Part shown: piece by piece, positions 1 to 12,569 of the stretch | How the letters are laid out: each line of letters opens with the position of its first letter | Position numbering within the stretch: the first letter of the stretch is position 1 | Source of the DNA: Mobula birostris | Taxonomy: Eukaryota | Direction of reading: 5' to 3' | Length of the DNA stretch: 64,000 nucleotides | NCBI RefSeq assembly: GCF_030028105.1 | Contig: NC_092374.1 | Span: 8,608,998 to 8,672,997, forward strand | The notes under the pieces: generated by a model | Databases searched by the model: none | Told to the model about the DNA's origin: nothing | The model's input: only the letters and a program-made list of their open reading frames with translations | Position numbers and translations under genes: made by a program

Positions 1-129
1 CCAAAGCTTGCATATTCACGTTCGTATCCAAAACTGCCATATCTGGCAGTCCAGTAGATGGAAATTGATCTGTGAAAAAAAAGCCCTGTGCTTATCTCAG
101 TGAAGATGCGCAGGCACTGGAGAAGGTTC

Positions 130-600
130 AAAGGAGCTTCAGAAGAGTGATTCCGGGAATGCAAGGGTTAACGTATCAGGAGTGTTTGATGGCTGTGCGT
201 CTGTACCCGCTAGAAGACGGGGTGTGGGGGAGGTGGTAGGTAGGGGTAGGGGAGGGTTATCTTATTGAAACGTACCTAATATTAATCAAAGGCCTAGGCT
301 GAGTGGACGTGGAGACAATGTTTCCTGTAGTTGGGGAATCTAGGACTGGGGCCGCAGCTTCAGAATAGAAGGCCGTCCCTTTAGAACAGAGATGAAGAGA
401 AATTTATTTAGATAGAGAGTGATAAATCAGTGGAGGCCAAGTCATTAGACATATGAAAGCGGAGCTGGATATGTTCTTAATTTGTAACGGCGTCAAAGCT
501 TACGGGGAGAAGGCTGGAGAATGGGGTTGAGAGGGAAAATACAACAGTCATGATCGAATTGCAGAGTAAAACCGGCGGGCCGAATGTCCCAATTCTACTT
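130..600 (+). mobile_element. Old degenerate CR1 LINE 3' end
   Basis: Resembles the 3' ends of the younger CR1 copies in the window (gagaaggttcaaagg...ttattgaaac...ggggagaaggctggagaatgggg). No intact ORF. Boundaries approximate. Confidence 0.65.
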
Positions 601-942
601 ACATGTCTCATGGACTTGTTATGGAGTCCCCTTCGCTACTGCCTTATCTGGCATGTCACATACACACTGAAATTCAGAGGCTGCCTCAGTGCGACCTGGC
701 TACTGCTGTTGTGTCCAGAAAAGCTCACTACAACTCCCCCTCCACCCTAGCAGTGCTAAAAGTGTCTACTTGTGGACTTGCTACTGAGAGGAACAGTCAC
801 GGGGGGCACCCTGCTCCGTCGGTCCCGTCCACGACCTCTCCTGGTGGTCACCCAACTATCTTGCAGCCTGCGCTGTAGGTGTGACCACCTCACTAAAAAT
901 CTTGCCTGTGATGCTCTCAGCGTCCCGCAAGATCCTAGATAC

Positions 943-2640
943 ATAGAACATAGAACATAGAATAGTACAGCACAGTACAGGCCCTTCGACCCACAATGTT
1001 GTGCCCACCCTCAAACCCTGCCTCCCATATAAGCCCCCAACTTAAATTCCTCCATGTACCTGTCCAGTAGCCTCTTAAACTTCACTAGTGTATCTGCCTC
1101 CACCATTGACTCAGGCAGTGCATTCCAGGTACCAACCAGCCTCTGAGTAAAAAACCTTCCTCTAATACCTCCTTGAACTTCCCACCCCTTACCTTAAAAC
1201 CATGTCCTCTTGTATTGAGCAGTGGTGCCCTGGGGAAGAGGCGCTGGCTATCCACTCTATCTATTCCTCTTATTATCTTGTACACCTCTATCATGTCTCC
1301 TCTCATCCTCCTTCTCTCCAAAGAGTAAAGCCCTTGCTCCCTTAATCTCTGATCATAATCCATACTCTCGAAACCAGACAGCATCCTGGTAAATCTCCTC
1401 TGTACCCTTTCCAATGCTTCTACATCTTTCCTATAGTGAGGCGACCAGAAATGGACACAGCACTCCAAGTGTGGCCTAACCAGAGTTTTATAGAGCTGCA
1501 TCATTACATCGTGACTCTTAAGCTCTATCCCTCGACTTATGAAAGCTAACACTCCATAAGCTTTCTTAACTACCCTATCTACCTATGAGGCAACTTTCAG
1601 GGATCTGTGGACATGTACCCCCAGATCCCTCTGCTCCTCCACACAACCAAGTATCCTGCCATTTACTTTGTACTCTGCCTTGGAGTTTGTCCTTCCAAAG
1701 TGTACCACCTCACACTTCTCCGGGTTAAACTCCATCTGCCACTTCTCAGCCCACTTCTGCATCCTATCAATGTCTCTCTGCAATCTTCGACAATCCTCTA
1801 CACTATCTACAACACCACCAACCTTTGTGTCGTCTGCAAACTTGCCAACCCACCCTTCTACCCCCACATCCAGGTCGTTAATAAAAATCATGAAAAGTAG
1901 AGGTCCCAGAACAGATCCTTGTGGGACACCACTAGCCACAATCCTCCAATCTGAATGTACTCCCTCCACCACCACCCTCTGCCTTCTGCAGGCAAGCCAA
2001 TTCTGAATCCACCTGGCCAAACTTCCCTGGATCCGATGCCTTCTAACTTTCTGAATAAGCCTATCATGTGGAACCTTGTCAAATGCCTTACTAAAATCCA
2101 TGTAGATCACATCTACTGCACTACCCTCATCTATATGCCTGGTCTCCTTGTCAAAGAACTTTATCAGGCTTGTTAGACACGATCTGCCCTTCAGAAATCC
2201 ATGTTGACTGTCCCTGATCAGACCATGATTCTCTAAATGCTCATAGATCCTATCTCTACAAATCGTTTCCAGCAGCTTTCCCACCACAGACGTAAGGCTC
2301 ACTGGTCTATAATTACCCGGACTATCCCTACTACCTTTTTTGAACAAGGGAACAACATTCGCCTCCCTCCAATCCTCCGGTACCATTCCCGTAGACAACG
2401 AGGACATAAAGATCCTAGCCAGAGGCTCAGCAATCTCTTCCTTCGTCTCATGGAGCAGCCTGGGGAATATTCCGTCAGAACCCGGGGATTTATCCGTCCT
2501 AATATATTTTAACAACTCCAACACTTCCTCTCCCTTAATATCAACATGCTCCAGAACATCTACCTCACTTATATTGTCCTCACCATCATCAAGTTCCCTC
2601 TCATTGGTGAATGCCGAACTGAAGTATTCACTGAGGCGCC
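943..2640 (-). mobile_element. 5'-truncated CR1 LINE, ORF2 reverse transcriptase, disrupted
   Basis: ORFs 1583-2524 and 1085-1552 contain [33 protein letters not shown] and KFADDTK. A short repeated tail (atagaac)n lies at about 943-965. Confidence 0.92.
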
Positions 2641-3202
2641 TCGCTCACTTCCACAGACTCCAATTCAAACTCTGCCCGGTTTCCTCCGCACGGTAAGCGT
2701 GGAGCTGCATCTGGACGCATTTCCAGCAGCTGAAGTGATCAGGGAAAGTGGAGGTCTCCCTAGTTTCCACGCGCTACAGGGGGAGCCTGCTTCTTGCCTG
2801 ACAGCCATCTCATCCACTCCAATAGGGATCACACGAGATTCTGCAGAATGTCGAAATCCAGAGCAACGGAGGGTCTCGGCTCTCACCATGGACTGTTTTC
2901 AAGGATTTCAAATTCCCTGGCCCCAATCATCTTATTTTTACTGTGGAGTGTAAGTGTAAAGTGGCCGCTGGTGAGGGGACGACGGGTTCTGTGGGGCTGT
3001 GGAGAGTGCTGGTGGTGGTGGATGGTGGGGTGGGTTAATGGGTGGAAGTGTTGATCAGCCTGGCAGCTCGAAGCAATAACTGTTTCTGTGTCTAGTGGTC
3101 TTGGCATGGATGTGCGATAAAGGATGTTCATAAATATAACTATTGAAAGCCTGCTCACACCTTCCAGTTGCTGCAACGCCAAATTGTCCGTCCTTCCCTC
3201 AG

Positions 3203-3595
3203 CTCCCGGCGAGAGTGTCTCTGTGATGAATGGAACCGAGGGAGCTTCGGCCACGTTACCCTGTGTGTTCACACGGCCTCCGCAGAGCCTCACTGCACAC
3301 ACGGTGACGTGGATGAGGAAGGATCCCTACCGACACATCGTCACATTCAGGCGTTATGAAAATGGATCGTGGGCAGCGGAAAACGGAGTGACTCGGTACG
3401 AGCTCGTCGGGGACCCAGAGCGGGGAAACGCTTCGACCAGGATAAGGCAGCTGAGGGTGGGGGACAGTCACAGCTACCTGTGTCTGGCTGATTTCAGCGA
3501 CTTTACCCACCCTTACCCACACTTCTACGGACACCAGCTCGATCCCCCATATATCCATCTGCCCCAGAGTGAGATCCGGCTGCGGGTCAGACCAG
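3203..3595 (+). CDS. Ig V-set domain exon (V2) of SIGLEC15-like receptor, plus-strand paralog
   Basis: Acceptor ccttccctcAG ends at 3202 and donor GTAAGA starts at 3596. The exon is 393 nt, phase 1-1 and open. It has the V-set framework LPCVF...VTW...GNAS.RI..L...D...YLC...IRLRV. About 79% aa identity to 48474-48869 by manual alignment. Confidence 0.9.
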
Positions 3596-6109
3596 GTAAG
3601 AAATCATTGACACATTCTGCAGGATACGGGGAGGAAGCTGGAGGGAAGGGAGGAAGGGGAACAGGGATGGAAGACGCACCTAACGACGTTGAGGCGGCTG
3701 TAGCCTCGCCTCTGAGAGGCCAGCTTCTGCAGAGTAGGAATCTGGGCTGTCAGGTGGAGAGCGGGGGAGGGGGGCAGATGAAAGAGGAAGCGGGTTTAGA
3801 GAAGTGTTCAGTGAAACACGGAGAGGGCAAGAGAACCGGCTGGAATATCGCAGACCAAAAATACAACACTCTGTCGTTTTGTTTAATAATGGAGTAAATA
3901 ACCCTAACGAGAATTCGATAAGGGACTGTCCAATGTTCATCTGGGGTAACACGGAGAAACTTAGTAAAGCGGCGGGTTCTTGGTAAACCAGAGAGACAAC
4001 GAGTTGTCATTTTTCCCAAGTAAGGGAGAGTTTAACTAGAGTAAAGATATTATACAACAATCTTATAACTATTACATAATTACATATAATTAAAAGTTCC
4101 CGAGAATGTTTCCTGGAATACAACAGTTAACGTATGAAGACCGTTTGATGGATTTGGGACTGTAGAACATAGAAAATCTACAGCACATTACAGGCCCTTC
4201 GGCCCACAATATTGTGCCTACCATGTAACCTACTGCCTATAATTTCCCTACCGCATAGCCCTCTATTTTTCTAAGCTGCATGTATCTAAGAGTCTCTTAA
4301 AAGACCCTACTGTATCCGCCTCTACCACCTTCGCTGGCAGTTCATTCCACGCACCCACCACTCTCTGTGCTAAAATCCTACCTCTGACGTTCCCCTTGTA
4401 CCTACTTCCAAGCACTTTAAAACTGTGACCCCTCGTGTTACCCATTTCAGCCCTGGGAAAAGAGCCTCTGGCTATCCACATGATCTATGCCTCTCATCAT
4501 CTTATACAGCTCTATCAGGTCACCTCTCGTCCTCCGACACTCCAAGGAGAAAAGGCCAAGTTCACTCAACCTATTCTCATAAGGTATCCTCTCCAATCCA
4601 GGCACCATCCTTGTAATTCTCCTCGACATTCTCTCTGTAGTATCCACATCTTTCCTGTAATGAGGTGACCAGAACTGAACACGGTACTCCAAATGGGGTC
4701 TAAGTAAGGTCTTATATAGCTGTAACATTACCTCACGTCTCTTGAACTCAATCCCACTGTTGATAAAGTCCAACACACTGTATGCCTTCTTAACAACACT
4801 GTCAACCTGCGCAGCAGCTTTGAGTGTTCTATGGACATGGTCCCCAAGATCCCACTGATCCTCCGCACTGCCAAGAGTCTTACCATTAATATTATATTCT
4901 GTCTTCAAATTTGACCTACCGAAATGAACCACTTCACAGACGGTTAAACTCCGTCTGTCTCTTCTCAGCCCAGTTCTGCATCCTATCGATGTCCCGCTGT
5001 AACCTTTGACAACCCCCCAGAGTATCCACAACACCACCAACCTTTGTGCCATCAGCAAACTTACTAACCCACCCTTCTATTTCTTCATCCAGGTCATTGA
5101 TAGAGAGCACAAAGAGGAGGTGTCCCAGAGCAGATCCATGCAGAACACCACTGGTCACCATCCTCCATGCCAAATACGAGCCATGCACAACCACTCTTTG
5201 TTTTCTGTGGTAAAGCCAATTCTGGATACACGAAGCAAGATCTCCTTGGATGCCATGCCTCATTACTTTCTGAATGAGACTTGAATGGGGAAACTTATCA
5301 AGTGTCTTACTGAAATCCAAATACACTACGTCCACTGCTCTACTTTCATCAATGTGTTTTGTTACATCTTTAAAAAATTTAATCAGGTTTTCAAGGGCAG
5401 GGTCTGCCCTTGACAAAATTATGTTGACTATCCCTAATCAGTTTATTTCTGTCCAAATGCTCATAAATCCTTCCTCTTAGGATCTTCTCCAACAACTTGC
5501 TCACCACTGAAGTAAGACTTACTGGGCTATAATTTCCTGGATTATCTTTACTCCCTTTCTTGATCAAGGGAACAACGTTTGCAACGTTCCAATCCTCTGG
5601 TACTTCTCCAGTCCCTATTGATGATGCAAAGAGAATTGCCAGAGGCTCAGCAATCTCTTCCCTCGCTTCCCACAGTAACCCGGGGTATACCTCGTCCAGT
5701 CCCGGCCACCTATCTAACTTAATACCTTTCAAAAGCTCCAGCACATCCTCTTTCTTAATGTCTATACGCTCAAGCGTTTCAGTCCTCTTTAGGTCATCCC
5801 CATAATTGCCAGGGTCCTTTTCACTGGTGAATACTGAAATAAAGTATTCATTAAGTGCCTCTGCTACATCCTATGGCTCCATGCACATGTTTCTGTTCTC
5901 ACTCCTGATTAGGGCTATTCTCACACGGCTCATCCTCTTGCCCTTCACATGTTCGTAGAATGCCTGGGGTTATTCTTTATCCTGCCCGCCAAGGCCTTTT
6001 CATGGCCATTTCTAGCTCTCCTAATTTCATTCTTGAGTTCCATCCTGCCACCCTTGTAATTTTCTAGAGTTCTAACAGTACCTCGTTTCTTGAATCTTTC
6101 GAAAGCCTT

Positions 6110-8210
6110 TCTTTTCTTTTTTTCTTCCTTTCTTTATCAATCTTTTTATTAATTTAAAAAAGGTACATATATACAAACACGAGGAGAGTTATCACAAGTA
6201 TTTATATTGATAACAATACATATAAGCGGTAAAATAAACATATCTATATCATATATAGTATTAATCTAAAAATATATAATAAAAATAAGATATTCAATTC
6301 TCCTCTTATCATTTCATAGAAAGAAAAAAGACAAAGAAACTTCTATAATTTTATATCTATATATATATATATATATATAAAGAACCCCACTATTCTCTAT
6401 AAACAAAAACAAAAGTTAAAAAAAAAAGAAAAAGGGAAAAAAGGGGACTGGGCAGCCCATACTGAGAGTAAAAGCAAGAAGAAAGAGAAACTTCCTGATC
6501 AAATCCAACTTTCGAGAAAGTAACTGGAAGAGCGATAAATCAAACCATATGAAAATATTGAATAAAAGGACTCCAGGTTTTTTCAAATTTAAAGGATGTA
6601 TCAAATGTCTAACTTCTTATTTTCTCTAAACTTAGGCAGAGCATAATGGAGGAAACCCAATAAAAAACAGTAGGTGGATTAGAACCCTTCCATTTAAGCA
6701 AAATGGCTCTCCTAGCCAATAAAATTGTAAAAGCTATCATCCGTTGAGCGTAAATAGGATTATATCCTGCTTCCGGTGGAATGATCCCAAAAATTGCTGT
6801 AAGTAAATTCGGTCGTAGGTCCAAATTCAAGACTTTTGATAAAGTTTTAAGGACATCTTTCCAAAAATTATCTATCTTGATACAAGTCCAAAACATATGA
6901 GTTAAAGTAGCCAAACAACAGGAATTCTGCAAATGCTGGAAATTCAAGCAACACACATAAAAGTTGCTGGTGAACGCAGCAGGCCAGGCAGCATCTGTAG
7001 GAAGAGGTGCAGTCAACGTTTCAGGCCGAAACCCTTCGTCAGGACTAACTGAAGGAAGAGCGAGTAAGGGATTTGAAAGTTGGAGGGGGAGGGAGAGATC
7101 CAAAATGATAGGAGAAGACAGGAGAGGGAGGGATGGAGCCAAGAGCTGGACAGGTGATAGGCAAAAGGGATACGAGAGGATCATGGGACAGGAGGTCCGG
7201 GAAGAAAGACAAGGGGGGGGGACCCAGAGGATGGGCAACGGGTATATTCAGAGGGACAAAAAGGAGAGTGAGAGAAAGAATGTGTGTATAAAAATAAGTA
7301 ACAGATGGGGTACGAGGGGGAGGTGGGGCATTAGCGGAAGTTAGAGAAGTCGATGTTCATGCCATCAGGTTGGAGGCTACCCAGACGGAATATAAGGTGT
7401 TGTTCCTCCAAACTGAGTGTGGCTTCATCTTTACAGTAGAGGAGGCCGTGGATAGACATGTCAGAATGGGAATGGGATGTGGAATTAAAATGTGTGGCCA
7501 CTGGGAGATCCTGCTTTCTCTGGCGGACAGAGCGTAGATGTTCAGCAAAGCGGTCTCCCAGTCTGCGTTGGGTCTCGCCAATATATAAAAGGCCACATCG
7601 GGAGCACCGGACGCAGTATATCACCCCAGTCACAGTGTTGCCTCACCTGGAAGGACTGTTTGGGGCCCTGAACGGTGGTAAGGGAGAAATGTAAGGGCAT
7701 GTGTAGCACTTGTTCCGCTTACACGGATAAGTGCCAGGAGGGAGCTCAGTGGGGAGGGATGGGGGGGGGGGGTACGAATGGACAAGAGAGTTGCGTAGGG
7801 AGCGATCCCTGCGGAATGCAGAGAGAAGGGGAGAGGGAAAGATGTGCTTAGTGGTGGGATCCCGTTGGAGGTGGCGGAAGTTACGGAGAATAATATGTTG
7901 GACCCGGAGGCTGGTGGCCACCTCAATATTACATCTGTCGCAAATAGGATTAATATTGGGAAAATATGGGCTAACTTATCCTTGGACATATGTGCCCGAT
8001 GTACTACCTTGAACTGTATCAACGAATGACTGACACAAATAGATGACGTATTTACCAAATGAAAAATTTTACCCCTTTGATTACCTGAAAGTGACTCTCG
8101 AAATTCCAGTTCCCACGAACCTTTAATTTTATCTTTAGATACCTTTCGCAAATGCAATAACCATTTATAAATTATAGCTATCAGTCCTTTTTAAAATGGT
8201 TTAATTAGAT
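6110..8210 (-). mobile_element. L1-type LINE 3' fragment nested in CR1
   Basis: ORF2 C-terminal motifs SHSLIQFKVVHR and TLTHMFWTC...LARRAILLKWK...LSLEKIR. T-rich (polyA reverse complement) end near 6110. Confidence 0.8.
6915..7912 (-). mobile_element. Penelope-like element 3' part (GIY-YIG endonuclease) nested in L1
   Basis: ORF 7331-7633 reads GVIYCVRCSRCGLLYIGETQRRLGDRFAEH. It splits the L1 reading ...gaggtggc|c/tactttaactcat. Confidence 0.85.
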
Positions 8211-8942
8211 TTTCTACGCCTTTTGCACACCACGGTTGTTTTACAGTCCCATCCTTTCTCTGCCTCAATGGAACATAACTATACAGAACGCCATACAAAT
8301 GTTCCCTGATCATTTGCCACATTTCTGCCGTGCATTTCCCTGAGAGCATGTGCTCCCAATTTCTGCTGCCAAATTTCTGCCTAATAGCATTATATTTTCC
8401 TCTTCCCGAATTAAATGATTTCCCAAATCTTCACATTCTATCCCGCTCCAGCACTATTGTAAAGGAAATAGAGTTGTGTTCACTACTTCCAAAATGCTCT
8501 CCCACCGAGAGATCTGACACCTGACCAGTTTCATTTCCCAATACCAGATCAAGTACTGCCTTTCCTCTACTTGGCTTATCTACATATTGCGTCAGGAAAC
8601 CATCCTGAACACAGATAACGAACACCACCCCACCTAAACCCCTTGTTCTAAGGAGATGCCAATCAATATTAGGAACGTTAAAATCAACCATTATCACAAT
8701 ACGAGGGCGCTGGGAGTGGACCTAGATGCAAGACACTAACAGATGCTCGTTACAGGGAGAGCAAAGCAGAAACAGGAATGGCGTACCGGACAAAGACTCA
8801 GGCCTAGGACTAGGCTGGGACTAAGGGTCTGGGTTCTTGAGGCTTGAGACTGGGGTCTGGGCTCTTGTTGTTTTAGGCTGGTGTCTTGAGTCTTGAGTAT
8901 TGGGGCTAGAAGCTGGGCTAGGACTTGGAATCATGGACCGCC

Positions 8943-9098
8943 AGGGCCAGCACTTGGTGCTTGGAGCCGCCGGGGCCAGGACTTGGTGCTTGGAGCCGCC
9001 GGGGCCAGGACGTGGAACTTGGAGCCGCCGGAGCCAGGACTTGGTACTTGGGAGCCTCCGGAGTCAGGACTTGGTACTTGGAGCCTCCGGAGCCAGGA
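8943..9098. repeat. 29-bp tandem repeat, about 5.4 copies
   Basis: Unit ggggccaggacttggtgcttggagccgcc recurs at 8943, 8972, 9001, 9030 and onward, with drift. Confidence 0.9.
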
Positions 9099-9439
9099 GC
9101 TCTTCTTATGCACGGGACAGATACAGACACAGGACCCGTTTTAGACGCACGACATGGATACGGAGACCACTCAACAATGAATAGAACTATAACTGGGCTC
9201 AAGCACGCTCCAAGCCGCGACGAGCTCTAGACTCACCACAGCGGGTTAATTTAGACCTGCACTGACGAGGGAAGGCGGCTTGCTGGCATTTGCTCCGGGA
9301 GGAGACTAGGCTTGGTCCGGCCAGATGACATTGGCTCGTTGTACCTTTGGTGACTTTGCAAACGCTGTCGCCCCGAACGGCTGAAAGCCGGAGACTTATA
9401 AACTGCCGGTTCAGCCGAAAGTAAATTGCCTCTAATCAC

Positions 9440-9935
9440 CATAAGACCATAAGACCGTAAGAAAAAGAAACAGAAGTCGGCCATTCAGCCCATCGAGTCT
9501 GCTCCGCCATTTTATCATGAGCTGATTCATTCTCCCATTTAGTCCCACTCCCCCGCCTTCTCACCATAACCTTTGATTCCCTGGCTACTCAGATACCTAT
9601 CAATCTCTGCCTTAAATACACCCAATGACTTGGCCTCCACTGCCGCCCGTGGCAGCACATTCCACAGATTCACCACCCTCTGACTAAAAAAAAAATCCCC
9701 TTTCGCATCTCGATTCTGAATGGGCGCCCTTCAATCCATAAGTCATGCCCTCTCGTACTAGACTCCCCCATCATGGGAAACAGCTTTGCCACATCCACTC
9801 TGTCCACGCCTTTCAACATTCGAAATGTTTCTATGAGGTCTCCCCTCATTCTTCTAAACTCCAAGGAATACAGTCCAAGAGCGGACAAACGTTCCTCATA
9901 TATTAACCCTCTCATTCCCGGAATCACTTTAGTGA
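9440..9935 (-). mobile_element. Young CR1 3' end nested in the LTR-like element
   Basis: ORF 9670-9927 reads YEERLSALGLYSLEFRRMRGDLIETF. Tail (ataagacc)n. Closely matches 50400-50895 in reverse complement. Confidence 0.87.
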
Positions 9936-12469
9936 ATCAAGCCCGTTGGACATGGGAAAACAGGGAACCAAAGGGAAACAGGGAGTCAACGGTCCGGATT
10001 GTTGCATAAACAAAGTAAATTTAAAGGGACCCCGATCTGGACCATGACAATGATCACAACAACCATATTATTATTGCACCATCCAGAATCTGCGTCCCAG
10101 TCTAATCCCTGATATATCTAAATTACTTTGGGGGGGGGGGTGTCTATAAAACACCCAGTAAAGTTATTGTCCCTTCCTGCTTCTGACTTCCACCCACAGA
10201 GACTCAACAGACAATCCCTCTCAGACCTCCTCCTTTCCTGCAGCCGTGCTTCTATCCCTGATTAGCAGTGCCACTCCTCCACCTCTTTTGCCTCCCTCCC
10301 TGTCCTTTTTGAAACATCTAAAGTCTGGCACACTCAGCAGCCATTACCGCCCCTGACTCATCCAAAACTCTGTAATGGCCACATCATCATAGTTCCACGT
10401 ATTGATCCACACTCTAAGTTCATTCGCCTTGCCCATGATACTCCTTGCATTAAAATAGACATATCTCAAACCATCTGGCTGAGTGCTTCTTTGCTTTATC
10501 ATCTACCTATCTTTCATCATAAACTTCCTACAAGCTGTCACTACTTGTGCGCCAAACGCCCCATCCTCTGCATCTTCACTTCGGTTCCCAATACCCTGCA
10601 AATCTGGTTTAAATCCTCCCCAACAGCATTAGCAAACCTCCCTCCCAGGATATTGGTTCCCCTCCAGTTCAGGTGCGACCTGTCCCACTTGTACAGGTCA
10701 CTCCTTCCCCAGAAAAGGTTCGAATCATCCAAGAACGGCAAATCCCTGCCCCCTGCACCATCTCCTCAGCCACTCATTCGTCTGTGCTATCTTCCTGTTC
10801 TGACCTTCACTAGCTGTGGCACCGGCAGTAATCCGGAGATTACCACCTTGGATGTCCTGCTCTTCAGCCTCCTTCCTAATTCCCTAAGCATATTGCGCAG
10901 GACGTCTACCCCTCTCCTGCATACGTCATTGGTTTCAATATGTACCACGATTCTGGCTGCTCACCCTCCCCGTCAAGAATATTCTACAATCCTGGACCCG
11001 AACACTCGGGAGGCAACCCACAATCCTGGTGTCTCTTTTGCTGCCACAGAATCCCCTATCTGTCCTATCAAGTCCCCTTTGACTATTGTTCCGCCCGACT
11101 TCACCCTTCCTTTCTGAGACTCGGAGCTAACCACAGTGCTATTGGTCTGCCTGTTGCTGCGTTGCCCAGATATGTCATCCCCCTCAGCAGTATCCAAAGG
11201 GTACTCAAAGTATACCTGTTGCTGAGGGGAATGGCCACAGGAGGAGGCTGCAGTGACTTCCTTCTCCCTTCACCTCTCTCGGTGTTCATCCATCTACTCC
11301 CCGAATTCTGCAGTCTGCGTGTAACCACCTGCTCAAAAGTCTTATCTATCGATTGCCCCGCCTACCGGATGATCCTTAGTTCGTCCAACTCCAGCTCCGG
11401 CTCCTTACTGCGTCTTTCATGAGCTGGAGTTGGCTGCACTTCCCGCAGGTGTAGTCATCAGGGAAACCATCAGGTTCCATGAATTCCCACATCCTACAGG
11501 GGGAGCATTCCACTGCCATATCTGCCATCCTGCCTGCACTGTACAATGGGCAACGAAGAACAACCCTACTAACCCGTGTCTTTGGGCTCGGCGCCTTCTT
11601 TGGCCTCTTGAGTCCGAGCCTTATGCTCTCACTCACACCGCTGGCCTACTCCCAGCAATAGCCGCCCCGCTTGCCCCTTCTATACTTTTATTTACTTCGC
11701 AGTGCTCTGCTCTCGACGCTGATTGGCCCTCTAGAATGTGCGAACTCCCGCGAAGCAATCCTTTTCTAATAGCTTCGCTGACTTGCGAGTCAACTCTTCG
11801 CAGTGCTCTGCACCCGACGCTGATTGGACTCTGGACTGCTTTCGCCAGTTTACTACAATGAGTGGGGCGGGAGAGGGGACTCTTTGAAACCTATCGACTA
11901 TTGAAAGGCCTGGATAGAGAGGACGTAGAGAGAGTTCATATAGTGGGGGAGACTAGAACAGCCTCAAAATAGAGAAACGGCCCTGAAGAGCAAGAACAAA
12001 GATGAAGAGGAATTTATTTAGCTAGAGGGTGGTGAATGTGTGGAAGTCATTGCCACAGGCGATTGTGGAGGTCGTCTTTGTTCTTTAAGTGGAGATTTAT
12101 AGGTTCCTGATTTGCAAGGACGTCAAAGTTTACGGCGAGATGGCGGGAGAATTGGGTTGAGACGAATAATCATCCATGATAGACTGGCGGAACTGACTCG
12201 ATGGGCCGAATGTCCTTTGTCTTATGATTTGTGGTCTTACTGTAGGTTTATTTTTTGTTCCAACGTTTAATTCCTGTCATTGTGATCTCTACATTCTTAG
12301 TAATATCTTTTTCTTGTTCCTTCGTACACGCGTAATCTTCCGTAGTTCTGTTAGTATAAATCTGCTAAATTATCTGTTCGTCTCCACATCTACAGATTAT
12401 AATCTGTGCAAATTATTGGTTTTTCCCCTTCGCCTGAGTCTGGATTGACCACTCTCACTTTCACTTCAG

Positions 12470-12569
12470 GGACAGACGCTTTTGCCGTGCTGATGTTGTG
12501 TATCCCACTCGGATTGAAAACTCTCGCCCTTTTAGTGATGGGCGCCGTTCTCTGCTGTGACAAACTCAG
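12470..12569 (+). CDS. Transmembrane exon of plus-strand SIGLEC15-like receptor (central Lys)
   Basis: Acceptor ttcacttcAG ends at 12469. Phase-1 frame reads GTDAFAVLMLCIPLGLKTLALLVMGAVLCCDKL. Donor CAG|GTACCG follows 12569; read-through would give RYRAQ* with TAA at 12583-12585. 95 of 100 nt identical to 47496-47595. Confidence 0.85.

Larger units (their letters stand above)
8692..10049 (+). mobile_element. Solo-LTR-like element (same family as 17846-19585 and 58240-59385), interrupted by CR1
   Basis: Termini tatcacaat... and ...gaccatgaca match the tgtcacaat.../...gaccatgaca ends of the other copies. It has an internal tandem array. No clean TSD. Confidence 0.6.
4165..11830 (-). mobile_element. 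Near full-length CR1 LINE (ORF1 zinc finger/esterase plus ORF2 APE-RT) interrupted by nested elements
   Basis: Pieces in order on the minus strand: ORF1 N-terminus CSPCRMWE..DDYTCGKC (11376-11636), ORF1 C-terminus (10541-10741), endonuclease region VLDLVLGN (8431-8697), RT (4447-5744), tail at about 4165. About 4.2 kb remains after removing the inserts. Confidence 0.85.

Noticed and set aside
603-940. 91-aa ORF as the missing V1 exon of the plus gene
   Set aside because: It has no V-set motifs and looks like a decayed Penelope-type fragment.
3596-3700. V(D)J recombination signals next to the V exons
   Set aside because: Each V exon ends directly in a splice donor, with no heptamer-spacer-nonamer. 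Scattered CACAGTG words lie inside TEs.
3124-3897. 257-aa single-exon ORF as a whole protein
   Set aside because: Only 3203-3595 is bounded by splice sites and conserved with the paralog; the flanks are intron read-through.
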